A stretch of DNA of 35,386 bases, taken from sequence record SRR31156797_1538, one strand, 5' to 3'. The position numbers were made by a program, and so were the translations under genes. Positions 17,919-27,840 of the stretch are shown piece after piece. The notes beneath the pieces are model-generated. The model was not told where the DNA came from and ran no database searches. It saw nothing but the letters and a program-made list of their open reading frames with translations. Every line of letters begins with the position of its first letter. Positions within the stretch are counted from its first letter, which is position 1.

Positions 17919-20012
17919 ATGAGAGCAGTAATCATGGCAGGAGGGATTGGATCAAGGCTTCAGCCTATTACATCAAATATCCCTAAACCAATGGTAAGAA
18001 TATTGGGAAAGCCAGTTATGGAATATACAATTGAGAAAATCGCAAAAGCAGGAATTAAAGAAGTAGATATTACACTTAGGTATCTGCCTCAGGAAATAAT
18101 TAATTACTTTGGTAATGGCAAGAAATATGGCTTAGATATAAAATATCATATAGAGAAAACGCCACTGGGAACAGCGGGCAGTGTTTTTGATGCTATAAAG
18201 GGCTGTGATGACGAAATAATGATTCTTAGCGGTGATGCAATATTTGATATTGATTTGAATGAATTTATAGAATTTTATAAAGCTGAAGAGCCAATGGCTG
18301 CGATGTGTATAAAAAGAGTTGAGATACCCACGGAATTTGGAGTAGTAGTATGTGATAATACAACTATTACAAGGTTTATTGAAAAACCTAACTGGGCACA
18401 GGTATCAAGCGATGATGTAAACACAGGGATTTATATTCTGAGCAGTGAAGTATTAAAATATGATAATGGAGTAAGACCTCTTGATTTTTCCAAAGATGTT
18501 TTCAAAAAAATGATGGAAGATAAAAGAAAAATATCCGCATATAATCTAAAGGAAAGCTATTGGTGTGATATCGGTACTCCGAATGATTATATTGAAGCAA
18601 ATATATATTATCTGGGTAAGAAAAGCAGCAGGCACAGGAATAGTTCAAATATCATTGAGCCTTGTTATGTTTCTAGAAATGCAAAAATTGACAATTCATC
18701 TACTGTTGGTGAGAATGTTTATATTGAGAAGAATGCTTCAATAGGTAAGGAATGCACAATAAAGAATTCTGTAATTATGCAGGGATGCAAGATAAAAGAT
18801 GGTGTAGTTATTAATGGCAGTATTATCTGTGAGAACTCAATAATCCATAACAATTCTATTATTGAGAAGGGCGCAATAGTTGGTAATTCCTGTGAAATAG
18901 GTGATAGTTCAGTGCTTCAGGGCAGTAGTATTATTTATCCGGATACAAAAATACCCTCATACTCTATGATAAATTCCCGAATTGATAAAAAGGGATTAAA
19001 GAGTGTAATAAATACTATAAATGAGGGCAAGGTAAACGGCAGGCTTGCTCTAAATGAATGCAGTGAATTAGGATATATTCTTGGTAATATCGCTGGTGAA
19101 GGTAAAAAGGTTGCAGTAGCACATATCGGCAATGATCCTCAGGCATTGTGTATTATGAGTGGTATTATTGCTGCTGGTGCTAATTGCGTTAGTGTAAAGG
19201 GTCTGGCAGGGTATCTTTTTGGAAACCATGTTAAAAGCCACAAGTGCAAAATAGGCGTATATGTGTGTGAAGGTACAGAAGGTGCAATTTATCTGGTGGA
19301 TGATAAGGGACATAAAATATCATCTATGCTTGGCAGGAAGATAAAGGATGCTATCAAGCGCAATAGTGTAAATAATGTTCCAAAAGAAAAACTGGGTAAG
19401 GTAATATCAACATCATATTCGGCAAGCAATTATGCAAGAAAAATAGAGAAGTTTTTAGCCAACAAAGCTGATGATGCGGAAAAAGTTAATATTTTGTTTT
19501 TAGGCACAAAAAATGTTTTTGGCAAAAGATGCTTTAGATTCCTAGAAAAATACACAGATAACAAAGACGCAGAGTTTAGTCTTACATTAATAGACGGCGG
19601 AATTAACTATTACATTGAACAAAATGGAGAAAAGATTGACTGTGAAAAATTCAATAAGAAAATATATATGGAGAAAGATGCTCTTATAAAGACAATAAAA
19701 GCTGTTCGATATGCATATCAGGCAGTTGAAAATGCCAATACAAGTATAGATGATTTTGTTACATGTCCTCAAGGTTTAAAAGGAAGAGTTATGAAAAGTC
19801 TGTATGCCAAATATGGAGATATATTAAGAGCAGATGAAAAGGGTATAAGAATCAATGCGCAAAAGTGCGATATTTCTGTAATGCCTCATGAAGTCTCTCC
19901 AATAATAAATGTCAACTGCACAGGTGAGGATAAGACGGAATGTACCTCAACTACAAGAAATATGATAAACGAAATAAAAGATACAATAAAGGAGACAAAC
20001 AGCCTGAATTAG
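17919..20012 (+). CDS. Sugar-phosphate nucleotidyltransferase (Man-1-P guanylyltransferase-like) with left-handed beta-helix, fused to a degenerate phosphohexomutase-like region
   Basis: AGGIGSRL...PKPM, PLGTAGS, SGDA, FIEKP, YWCDIGT; hexapeptide repeats; C-terminal half resembles PMM/PGM domains but has no SHNP or DxDxDR motif. Confidence 0.85.
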   Translation: MRAVIMAGGIGSRLQPITSNIPKPMVRILGKPVMEYTIEKIAKAGIKEVDITLRYLPQEIINYFGNGKKYGLDIKYHIEKTPLGTAGSVFDAIKGCDDEIMILSGDAIFDIDLNEFIEFYKAEEPMAAMCIKRVEIPTEFGVVVCDNTTITRFIEKPNWAQVSSDDVNTGIYILSSEVLKYDNGVRPLDFSKDVFKKMMEDKRKISAYNLKESYWCDIGTPNDYIEANIYYLGKKSSRHRNSSNIIEPCYVSRNAKIDNSSTVGENVYIEKNASIGKECTIKNSVIMQGCKIKDGVVINGSIICENSIIHNNSIIEKGAIVGNSCEIGDSSVLQGSSIIYPDTKIPSYSMINSRIDKKGLKSVINTINEGKVNGRLALNECSELGYILGNIAGEGKKVAVAHIGNDPQALCIMSGIIAAGANCVSVKGLAGYLFGNHVKSHKCKIGVYVCEGTEGAIYLVDDKGHKISSMLGRKIKDAIKRNSVNNVPKEKLGKVISTSYSASNYARKIEKFLANKADDAEKVNILFLGTKNVFGKRCFRFLEKYTDNKDAEFSLTLIDGGINYYIEQNGEKIDCEKFNKKIYMEKDALIKTIKAVRYAYQAVENANTSIDDFVTCPQGLKGRVMKSLYAKYGDILRADEKGIRINAQKCDISVMPHEVSPIINVNCTGEDKTECTSTTRNMINEIKDTIKETNSLN

Positions 20013-20061
20013 TTTTAGTATTTTGATATAAATACTTAATTATAGTATTTATTAAAATTTT

Positions 20062-20113
20062 CTTGAGTTTCCGTATTTTCTTGATTTAGAGTGGGAAATA
20101 CGGAAACTTCAAG
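20062..20113. terminator. Long imperfect inverted repeat between the nucleotidyltransferase gene and the cys promoter
   Basis: CTTGAGTTTCCGTATTTTC ... GGAAATACGGAAACTTCAAG. Confidence 0.55.
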
Positions 20114-20123
20114 TAATATTTAC

Positions 20124-20152
20124 TTGTAAAAATACATATCTTATAATATAAT
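20124..20152 (+). promoter_or_regulatory. SigA promoter of the T-box-cysE-cysS transcript
   Basis: TTGTAA-N17-TATAAT immediately before the T-box leader. Confidence 0.7.
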
Positions 20153-20171
20153 ACTACTAAATTGATAGTGT

Positions 20172-20374
20172 TTCAATGAAGCAAAAGAGTAATCTTGAAA
20201 ATATCATAGAGAATGGATGTCATTGGCTGTAAGCATCCTGTGAAGATAGAGATGAAAGTGCGTTGCTGAGAAGCAAAGGGTAAGCCCTGTATAGCTGTCT
20301 GAGAGCCCAAAAATTTGGGAATTGAAGTGGAACCACGGCATAAGTCGTCTTCAGATATTGAAGATGGCTTTTTT
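20172..20374 (+). ncRNA. T-box riboswitch (Cys specifier)
   Basis: AGAGA box (20208), GGCTG box (20225), specifier TGC at 20259-20261, T-box GAAGTGGAACCACG (20324-20337), terminator AAGTCGTCTTCA/TGAAGATGGCTT plus T-run; lies upstream of cysE-cysS. Confidence 0.92.
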
Positions 20375-20405
20375 AATATTTTTAATGGACATAGTAAGGA
20401 GAATT

Positions 20406-21068
20406 ATGAGAAAAGGATTATTACGGTCGGATATTGAAGCGGCACTAAAACGTGACCCGGCAGCGAGAAGTAAACTGGAAGTTATATTATGCTATCCTGG
20501 AATTCGTGCAATATTCTGGCATAGAATATCTCACTTTTTTTACAGCCATAATATGTATTTATTGGCGAGATTAATAAGTCAGTCAACCAGATTCTGGACT
20601 GGAATAGAAATACATCCCGGTGCTAGTATCGGCAGAGGCTTCTTCATTGATCATGGAATGGGAATAGTAATTGGTGAGACATGTGTTATAGGCGACAATG
20701 TAACAATTTATCAGGGAGTGACACTAGGTGGTACAGGTAAACATGTAGGCAAGCGTCATCCTACAATAGAAGACGATGTTCTTATTGGAGCAGGAGCAAA
20801 GGTCTTAGGACCATTTACAGTTCACAAAGGAGCAAAAGTCGGAGCTGGTGCTATAGTACTAAAAGAAGTACCTCCGGGATGTACTGTTATCGGTAATCCA
20901 GGCAGGCTTCATCGATGTTGTGAGGAAAAGCCTGAGTCACCAAACAAAACAATGGATCAAGTACACTTGCCAGACCCAACTAAAGTAGAAATGGATTCAT
21001 TAAAGACCAGAATCCAACAACTAGAAGAAATGTTAGAAACGAAAGATGAAACAAATAAGGATAAATAA
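20406..21068 (+). CDS. cysE: Serine O-acetyltransferase
   Basis: [37 protein letters not shown]. True start is ATG 20406 (AAGGAG RBS); the track's longer ORF runs into the T-box. Confidence 0.96.
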   Translation: MRKGLLRSDIEAALKRDPAARSKLEVILCYPGIRAIFWHRISHFFYSHNMYLLARLISQSTRFWTGIEIHPGASIGRGFFIDHGMGIVIGETCVIGDNVTIYQGVTLGGTGKHVGKRHPTIEDDVLIGAGAKVLGPFTVHKGAKVGAGAIVLKEVPPGCTVIGNPGRLHRCCEEKPESPNKTMDQVHLPDPTKVEMDSLKTRIQQLEEMLETKDETNKDK

Positions 21069-21069
21069 T

Positions 21070-22449
21070 ATGAAAATATATAATACACAATCAAGGAATT
21101 TAGAAGAGTTCAAGCCAGTACATGAGGGTAAGGTGGGGATATATGTTTGCGGTCCTACAGTGTACGATTATATTCATGTAGGCAATTCCAGACCTCTTAT
21201 TGTATTTGATGTACTTAGAAAGTATATGAATTACTTAGGGTATGATGTAACTTTTGTTCAGAACTATACTGATATTGATGACAAAATGATACAGCGTGCA
21301 AATAATGAAGATACAACAGTTAAGGCGCTGGGAATTCGCTTTATATCTGAATTTGAAAAAGACATTGAATCCATTAATGTGGAGCCTGCTGATATTAAGC
21401 CAAAAGCTACAGAACATATTGGTGATATTATTAAGCTTATAAAAAGTCTGGAAAGAAAAGGCTATGCATATAAAAGCGAAGATGGTGTGTATTTTGATAC
21501 TCAGGCATATGAGGGATATGGAAAACTATCTGGCAGAAATATGGAAGATATGCAGGCAGGTGCGAGAATTAAAGTAAATGACTTTAAGAAGCATCCAATG
21601 GACTTTGCGCTTTGGAAGCTGGCAAAGGAAGGTGAACCATCATGGAATTCACCTTGGGGAGCTGGCAGGCCGGGCTGGCATATTGAATGCTCGGCAATGA
21701 GCACAAAATATCTAGGTGATACAATTGATATTCACTGCGGTGGTGAGGACTTGGTTTTCCCTCATCATGAGAATGAAGTTGCACAGTCAGAGGCATCAAG
21801 CGGTAAGACTTTTGTTAACTACTGGATGCATAATGGCTATATTAATATAAATAATCAAAAGATGAGTAAATCGCTTGGTAATTTTTTTACAGTTCGTGAC
21901 ATTGGTAAGGAATTTGACTTAGAGGTTTTAAGGTTTTTCATGCTTAGTGTTCATTACAGAAGCCCTGTTAACTTCTCCTTTGAGTTAATGCAGGATGCAG
22001 AAAAAGGACTAAAAAGACTGTATAATGCAAGAGATACTTGGCAGGATTATGGTTATAGCGGCGATACAGATGCAAATATGAAGGAGATGATTGCAAATCT
22101 AAAAGAATCATTCAAAAATGCTATGGATAATGATTTGAATACTGCTGAAGCATTAGGCGTGATATTTGAATTTGTAAAGAATGTAAATATTCTAATAACA
22201 AAAAACGAAAAAAAGGAAAATGTTTATGCTGCCAGTGAAGCGTTGATAGAGTTAACTGCTGTGCTTGGTATTTTATACAAAGAAACCGAAGTTGTAGTGC
22301 CAAAGGAAGTTAAAGAATTAGTGGAGCAGAGAGCCGAAGCGAGAAAGAATAAAGAATGGACAAAATCTGATGAACTCCGGGATAAAATTGCAGAATTAGG
22401 ATTTATAGTCGAGGATTCCCGTGATGGACAAAAGGTAAAAAAGGCATAA
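21070..22449 (+). CDS. cysS: Cysteine--tRNA ligase
   Basis: YVCGPTVYD, HVGN, DFALWK, GRPGWHIECSAM, FPHHENE, KMSKS. Confidence 0.98.
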   Translation: MKIYNTQSRNLEEFKPVHEGKVGIYVCGPTVYDYIHVGNSRPLIVFDVLRKYMNYLGYDVTFVQNYTDIDDKMIQRANNEDTTVKALGIRFISEFEKDIESINVEPADIKPKATEHIGDIIKLIKSLERKGYAYKSEDGVYFDTQAYEGYGKLSGRNMEDMQAGARIKVNDFKKHPMDFALWKLAKEGEPSWNSPWGAGRPGWHIECSAMSTKYLGDTIDIHCGGEDLVFPHHENEVAQSEASSGKTFVNYWMHNGYININNQKMSKSLGNFFTVRDIGKEFDLEVLRFFMLSVHYRSPVNFSFELMQDAEKGLKRLYNARDTWQDYGYSGDTDANMKEMIANLKESFKNAMDNDLNTAEALGVIFEFVKNVNILITKNEKKENVYAASEALIELTAVLGILYKETEVVVPKEVKELVEQRAEARKNKEWTKSDELRDKIAELGFIVEDSRDGQKVKKA

Positions 22450-22633
22450 TATCGGTTAAGCCTGAAACTGCACTAAGAAATCGATACAAGAATTTTTAAT
22501 GTACTTGTATTATTAATTTATACGATTATTGTATGTTTATCTTCATGATTGGGGTTATATATGAAAATAATAACCTGCGTAAAAGGTAATTATTGGTAAA
22601 ACGAGTTGTTAAAGCAATAATTAAAATGCAAAT

Positions 22634-22669
22634 AAGTAATCAGTATAATATAAATTGTACTGATTACTT
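22634..22669. terminator. Hairpin between convergent cysS and spoVT
   Basis: AAGTAATCAGTATAAT-ataa-ATTGTACTGATTACTT. Confidence 0.75.
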
Positions 22670-22685
22670 TAACGAATACAAATAA

Positions 22686-23234
22686 TTACTGTTCCATCTG
22701 CTTGCCGATAAATGAAGAAATTACCTGGCTTACTTTTAGAGCTGCATCACCTAAGTCATCGATTTCCTTGGAAACAATCATAGCAGCTCCGATTGGTTCG
22801 CCTTCAGAAATTATTGGAACAATAACCTGTGATTTGTATTCATCGCCATCATCTTCATCATTGATGATTGGAATGCATTTGACTCCGTTTGTACACACAA
22901 ACGGTTTTCTAGAGCTCATTATCTGCTCAACCTCTTTGGAAATTGCGTGGTCAACATATTCTTTTTTGGATACACCGCCTACACTGACTATGGCGTCTCT
23001 GTCGCAGATTAAGGAAATATCACCTATAGTTTTTGTAACACCTTCAGTAAACTGCTTAGCAAAATCGCCCATTTCACCGATGGGAGAGTATTTTTTTAGG
23101 ATTACTCCACCTTCTCTGTCAGTGAATATCTCCAAAGGGTCTCCCTCCCTTATACGGAGAGTTCTCCTGATTTCCTTTGGTACGACGACTCTGCCCAATT
23201 CATCTATACGTCTTACTATTCCTGTTGCTTTCAT
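22686..23234 (-). CDS. spoVT: Stage V sporulation protein T (AbrB-type DNA-binding domain plus GAF)
   Basis: MKATGIVRRIDELGRVVVPKEIRRTLRIREGDPLEIF...LKKYSPIG and a SpoVT_C-like domain. Confidence 0.96.
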   Translation of the reverse strand: MKATGIVRRIDELGRVVVPKEIRRTLRIREGDPLEIFTDREGGVILKKYSPIGEMGDFAKQFTEGVTKTIGDISLICDRDAIVSVGGVSKKEYVDHAISKEVEQIMSSRKPFVCTNGVKCIPIINDEDDGDEYKSQVIVPIISEGEPIGAAMIVSKEIDDLGDAALKVSQVISSFIGKQMEQ

Positions 23235-23319
23235 TTTATCTTTTCCTTTGCATTTTTATTTTGAGTTTGTGTTGTTTTATTGACTGAACAACTTAAAAAG
23301 TTTAATTGTTTGTTAAATA

Positions 23320-23348
23320 TAGTTTTTAACGATTTAGGAATTTTATAC
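23320..23348 (-). promoter_or_regulatory. Putative SigG/SigF forespore promoter of spoVT
   Basis: Minus strand GTATA-N17-AAAACTA fits GHATA-N17-MAWAMTA; spoVT is a known forespore-sigma target. Confidence 0.55.
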
Positions 23349-23641
23349 AAAAGTAGATTAATACTTATGCTGGTAGTTTTTGGACAGAATATTTTCTTTA
23401 TTGTTAAATGATGTCATTCAAAATATAATATTAATATATGGTTATCTGTCGTTTTATATTAGTTGAGATGTATTTGATAATATATAAACAATTTGACAAT
23501 AACTCTAAAATCAATTTTACAACTTTTATATACTGAACTAAACTGTATTATGTAATAAGTGCTGCAGTTCTAGACTATAAGAGAAATATATTGTATAATT
23601 TCAATTGATTATTTAATATTTCAATTAGGCAGGTAAATAGA

Positions 23642-24604
23642 GTGATAAACAATGATTCAAAGATATGTAATCTACTAGGGATTGAGTACCCAATAATACA
23701 AGGCGGCATGGCATGGGTATCAGATGCGAATCTGGCACTAGCAGTTACACAAGCAGGAGGTCTTGGAGTGATTGCTGCAGGTAATGCACCAGCAGATTGG
23801 GTTCGTGAGCAGATTAGAATAATAAAAAGCAAAACTGATAAACCCTTTGCAGTTAACATTATGCTTCTGAGTCCTTATGCTGGAGAAATCTCTGATATAT
23901 TAACAGAAGAAAAAGTTCCAGTAATAATATCAGGAGCAGGTAATCCAGGTAAGTATATGAAGAAGTGGAAAGAATCCGGAGCAAAGGTACTTCCTGTAGT
24001 TGCTTCGTCGGCTTTGGCAAAATTAATGCAGAGAATGGGTGCAGATGCTGTAATAGCTGAGGGCTGTGAAGCAGGAGGTCACATTGGCGAGCTGACCACA
24101 ATGGTGCTTTTGCCCAATATTGTGAAAACTGTAGATATTCCTGTAGTTGCTGCAGGTGGGATATTTGATAGTAATACAGCAATCGCTGCATTTGCTCTTG
24201 GAGCAAGTGGTATACAGGTAGGAACTCGCTTTGTACTGGCTAAGGAATGCACTGTACATCAAGTTTATAAAGATAAACTGCTAAAGGCAAAAGATACGGA
24301 CAGTAAAGTAACTGGCAGAATAACAGGTCATCCAGTAAGGCTGCTGAGAAATAAACTGACAAGAAAAATGCTTGAAATTGAGTATCAGGAAAATGCTGCT
24401 GAGAGATTGGAAGCACTTGGAGCAGATTCATTGCGAAAAGCAGTAGTTGACGGTAATGGTGATGAAGGATCATTTATGGCTGGTCAAGTCGCTTGTTTGT
24501 TAAGTAAGGAACAGTCTGCGCATGAAATAATACATGAAATATTTTCACCTGATGGCATAAAAACTGCAATGAACAATATTAATCAAGTAATTATATCAGA
24601 ATAA
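23642..24604 (+). CDS. fabK: Enoyl-ACP reductase II (FabK; nitronate monooxygenase family)
   Basis: YPIIQGGMAW, GGLGVI, AEGCEAGGHIG, AAGGI, QVGTRF, GHPVR, GSFMAGQ. Confidence 0.9.
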   Translation: MINNDSKICNLLGIEYPIIQGGMAWVSDANLALAVTQAGGLGVIAAGNAPADWVREQIRIIKSKTDKPFAVNIMLLSPYAGEISDILTEEKVPVIISGAGNPGKYMKKWKESGAKVLPVVASSALAKLMQRMGADAVIAEGCEAGGHIGELTTMVLLPNIVKTVDIPVVAAGGIFDSNTAIAAFALGASGIQVGTRFVLAKECTVHQVYKDKLLKAKDTDSKVTGRITGHPVRLLRNKLTRKMLEIEYQENAAERLEALGADSLRKAVVDGNGDEGSFMAGQVACLLSKEQSAHEIIHEIFSPDGIKTAMNNINQVIISE

Positions 24605-24624
24605 AAAACGTATTAAATATATCT

Positions 24625-24656
24625 AGCCGCTATTTATACAAAAAAGGCGGCTTTTT
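24625..24656 (+). terminator. Rho-independent terminator after fabK
   Basis: AGCCGCT...GGCGGCT-TTTT; a competing 14-bp hairpin is described under findings. Confidence 0.65.
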
Positions 24657-24799
24657 GTATAAATACGAACGAAATATTGTAATAGCTTAAACAATTTGTA
24701 ACATATTTGGTGAAATACATTGCTAATAAATCTAAATTCAATTATAATTAGTAGAAATGTAAAATGCAGTGAATATGCTTTTTTATATTGGAGGAAATA

Positions 24800-26023
24800 T
24801 TGAGTACGAATTATAACGAAAGACGTGTAACATTATCACCGAGATTTTTCGTCTTTGTAACTATAGTATTGTGTTTACTTGCCTGGATGATATACGGTAT
24901 TGCCCAGCTTATTTCACCTGCAAAAATTGTGTGGGGAGAACTGGATTCCAGCTTTAGTGCTGATGCGATAATTGTAAGAAATGAAACTGTTGTAACAAGC
25001 ACAAACAATGGAAGGCTGGAATGCCTGATAGCAGAGGGAGAGAAAGTATCTGCTGGTACGTCTGTTGCTGAACTGAATTTATCAAGTTATTCAGAGGATG
25101 ATGTCAATCAGCTTAATACTATTCAGCAGGAAATAAAAGATTATCAGAATAGTAATATTCTAAAGAATATAGTAAATGCTGATTTAGAAGAAATTAACGA
25201 TAACATTGAATCTCTGATAAAAGAAATATCTGAATTAGCAATGTCTGGGCGCAGCCGAGAAATACCTGTTAAGGATAATCAGCTAAAAGTATTAATGGAA
25301 GAGCGCAGACGCTATATGAACGAGAACTTAGCTACTGATGCTACGCTAGATAAGCTATTCCAGCAGGAGGAGGCATTAATTGAGAAGATGAATGATGACA
25401 TTGTTACAATGAATGCAACATCAGACGGAATAGTAAGTTTCTTTTTGGATGGCATGGAAACAACTCTGACTTACGAATTCCTCAGTAATATGAGTTCAGG
25501 GGACTATGACCTGATTTTGAATCAGATAGAGAATACTTATGAGAATATTAGTTTTGGTAAAGATTCAAACGTTATAACCAATCAAGCTATATATAGGATA
25601 GTAGATCCGTATAATTGGTATGTTGTAATAAAGATACCTAGAAATACAAACACCCTAAAAACAGGCGAAAGCTATATGGTTAATTTTGATGGTTACGATT
25701 TAGGGTATGTAAATGGTACAGTTGATTTAATGGTTGATTCAGGAAGAGACGTAATTCTTGTGATGTATTTTCAGCAGGATATATCCACAATGAGTACACT
25801 ACGGATGGTAACATGCAACTTTGGAGCCAGTAATCAGGGACTAAAAGTACCAAGAGATTACATCCAATATGTAAACGGTGTATATGGTATAACATACAAG
25901 GATAACGGCAAAGTATTTGCTCCAGTTAATATTATAGCTGAGGACAATACTCATGTAATAGTAGAAGCAGCAGATGAAAATATTCCGATACCAATTGGGA
26001 AAAGGCTGGTGAAAGACTATTGA
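24800..26023 (+). CDS. Membrane-anchored HlyD/membrane-fusion-like protein of unknown function
   Basis: N-terminal TM helix, lipoyl-like halves (EGEKVSAG; ATSDGIVSFFLDG.E) around a coiled coil, GLKVP. TTG start 24800 after GGAGG. I recall this gene type preceding yggS-sepF in clostridia. Confidence 0.7.
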   Translation: MSTNYNERRVTLSPRFFVFVTIVLCLLAWMIYGIAQLISPAKIVWGELDSSFSADAIIVRNETVVTSTNNGRLECLIAEGEKVSAGTSVAELNLSSYSEDDVNQLNTIQQEIKDYQNSNILKNIVNADLEEINDNIESLIKEISELAMSGRSREIPVKDNQLKVLMEERRRYMNENLATDATLDKLFQQEEALIEKMNDDIVTMNATSDGIVSFFLDGMETTLTYEFLSNMSSGDYDLILNQIENTYENISFGKDSNVITNQAIYRIVDPYNWYVVIKIPRNTNTLKTGESYMVNFDGYDLGYVNGTVDLMVDSGRDVILVMYFQQDISTMSTLRMVTCNFGASNQGLKVPRDYIQYVNGVYGITYKDNGKVFAPVNIIAEDNTHVIVEAADENIPIPIGKRLVKDY

Positions 26024-26697
26024 TAAATACTGATAACTATTATGAGATTATAGATAATATTGCTAACGCTGCAGCAAAATCGGGACGGACAAAAGATGAT
26101 ATTAAATTGATTGCAGTCAGCAAAACATTTAGCCTGGAGGATGTTCTCGCTGTCAATAGCTTAGGTCAGAATGAGTTTGGTGAAAGCTATGTGAAGGAAT
26201 TTATCGGCAAATATGAAAATAACAAAGGTGATAATGAAATTAATTGGCATTATATTGGACAATTGCAGTCAAATAAGGTAAAATATATTGTCAATAAAAT
26301 AACCATGCTTCATACGCTGGATAGGATTTCATTGGCAGAGGAATTAAACAAAAGGTATAGCAGAGAGCACTCAACTGTTGATGCACTTATTGAAGTAAAT
26401 ATTGGAAACGAGCCGCAAAAGGGTGGAGTAAAGGTAGATGAGCTTGAAGCATTTGCGGACAAACTAACGGAATATAAGAATATAAATATAAAAGGTCTTA
26501 TGTGTATTCATCCATATAATGAGCCAGAAGAGTGCAGAAAATATTTTGCTAAGATGAAAGATCTTTCTGAATCACTGAAAGCGAGGAAGTACCCAGTTCA
26601 TGAATTATCAATGGGTATGAGCAGAGATTATATTCAGGCAATTGAGGAAGGTGCAACCATAGTTAGAGTTGGCAGTGCCATTTTTGGAAAAAGATAA
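26020..26697 (+). CDS. yggS: PLP homeostasis protein YggS/YlmE
   Basis: LIAVSKT, FGESY, WHYIGQLQSNKVK, LSMGMS.DY..AIEEGAT.VRVGSAIFG. Confidence 0.96.
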   Translation: MINTDNYYEIIDNIANAAAKSGRTKDDIKLIAVSKTFSLEDVLAVNSLGQNEFGESYVKEFIGKYENNKGDNEINWHYIGQLQSNKVKYIVNKITMLHTLDRISLAEELNKRYSREHSTVDALIEVNIGNEPQKGGVKVDELEAFADKLTEYKNINIKGLMCIHPYNEPEECRKYFAKMKDLSESLKARKYPVHELSMGMSRDYIQAIEEGATIVRVGSAIFGKR

Positions 26698-26733
26698 TTA
26701 GTTTGTGTGATTAAAGTTAAGTGGAGGTATTGA

Positions 26734-27300
26734 ATGGCTAAAAACATTAAAGAAAATTTCCTAAAGTTTATAGGAATTAACGAAGATATACAACGGGATG
26801 AAGGACACAGTTCTGATGTAAACTATTCTACAACAGACAAGACAGATTTTGATGATCAAAATGTACGTAACAACAGACGTTCTTTAGGATCTACTGATGC
26901 TACTATGACTTCTAGAAGAGCAAACAATCCTTATTCAAAAGTTTCAAATATTCAAAGTGAGGCACCTGTCAGGAGAGAACCTGTGCAAACTCACTCTAAT
27001 TTTGTAAAAATGGTGGTTTTTCAGCCTCAGACATATGAAGATACACAGACAATTATCGACAATCTTCGCAACGGAAAGCCAGTTATTGTTAATTTGGAAA
27101 CTTTAAATACTGATATATCACAAAGGGTGCTGGACTTTGTCAGCGGTGCTATATATGCGTTAAACGGTAATATTCGTAAAGTATCAAAGGGTATTTTCCT
27201 ACTAGCTCCGTCAGGTGTTGATGTTGCTGGTAATTTGACCAGTGATTATACATCAGCCAGCAAACAAAAGAAAAGCACATTTACTACACCAAGAGTATAG
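26734..27300 (+). CDS. sepF: Cell division protein SepF
   Basis: N-terminal amphipathic FLKFIGI; P..YED...I.D.L..GK.VIVNL, QRVLDFVSGA.YAL.G. Confidence 0.95.
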   Translation: MAKNIKENFLKFIGINEDIQRDEGHSSDVNYSTTDKTDFDDQNVRNNRRSLGSTDATMTSRRANNPYSKVSNIQSEAPVRREPVQTHSNFVKMVVFQPQTYEDTQTIIDNLRNGKPVIVNLETLNTDISQRVLDFVSGAIYALNGNIRKVSKGIFLLAPSGVDVAGNLTSDYTSASKQKKSTFTTPRV

Positions 27301-27324
27301 TGATGTTTAAGAAAGGAAAAGAAC

Positions 27325-27609
27325 TTGGAAATAGTTAGATCAATAGGTTATTCACTGCTTGATATAGTGTATCTATTGCTTAATGTATACATATATATAA
27401 TAATAGCTAATATAATTTTATCATGGGTTATGCCGCCAACTCATCGGGTTAAGCAGTTTCTTAATTTTCTCACTGAGCCTGTTGTTGCTCCGATTAGAAA
27501 GATGCTGGAACCATTAACAAGAAAATCAAGCATACCATTGGATTTTTCTCCTCTTGTTGCAGTGTTGATTATTAATATAATTTTAGAACTAATTACACAA
27601 ATTGCATAA
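27325..27609 (+). CDS. yggT: YggT/YlmG family membrane protein
   Basis: ILSWV...LTEPV.APIR...LDFSPLVA; position after sepF. Confidence 0.92.
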   Translation: MEIVRSIGYSLLDIVYLLLNVYIYIIIANIILSWVMPPTHRVKQFLNFLTEPVVAPIRKMLEPLTRKSSIPLDFSPLVAVLIINIILELITQIA

Positions 27610-27840
27610 TAGCTAAAAATAGTTGATTATTATGACAGTATTATGGTTATATTATAATTAGTTTAATAAGTACTAGTTATTTTGTGAAGTGATAGAACTT
27701 GGACAACAATTTTTTAGTTTTGTGTATACAATCAGGTAATAATTGTATATAATAATAGTGCTGTTATATTTTATTTAGAATTTAGTTTTTAAGCTATTGC
27801 TTAAAGATTTCGTATTATAAATGCTTGAGGGGGTAAATTC

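Noticed and set aside
20322..20405. N-terminal extension of cysE in the ORF track
   Set aside because: It overlaps the T-box antiterminator and terminator; the real RBS precedes ATG 20406.
22561..22599. 12-codon ORF MKIITCVKGNYW resembling an EtfB/FixA N-terminus
   Set aside because: Too short, weak RBS and no further similarity downstream; probably chance.
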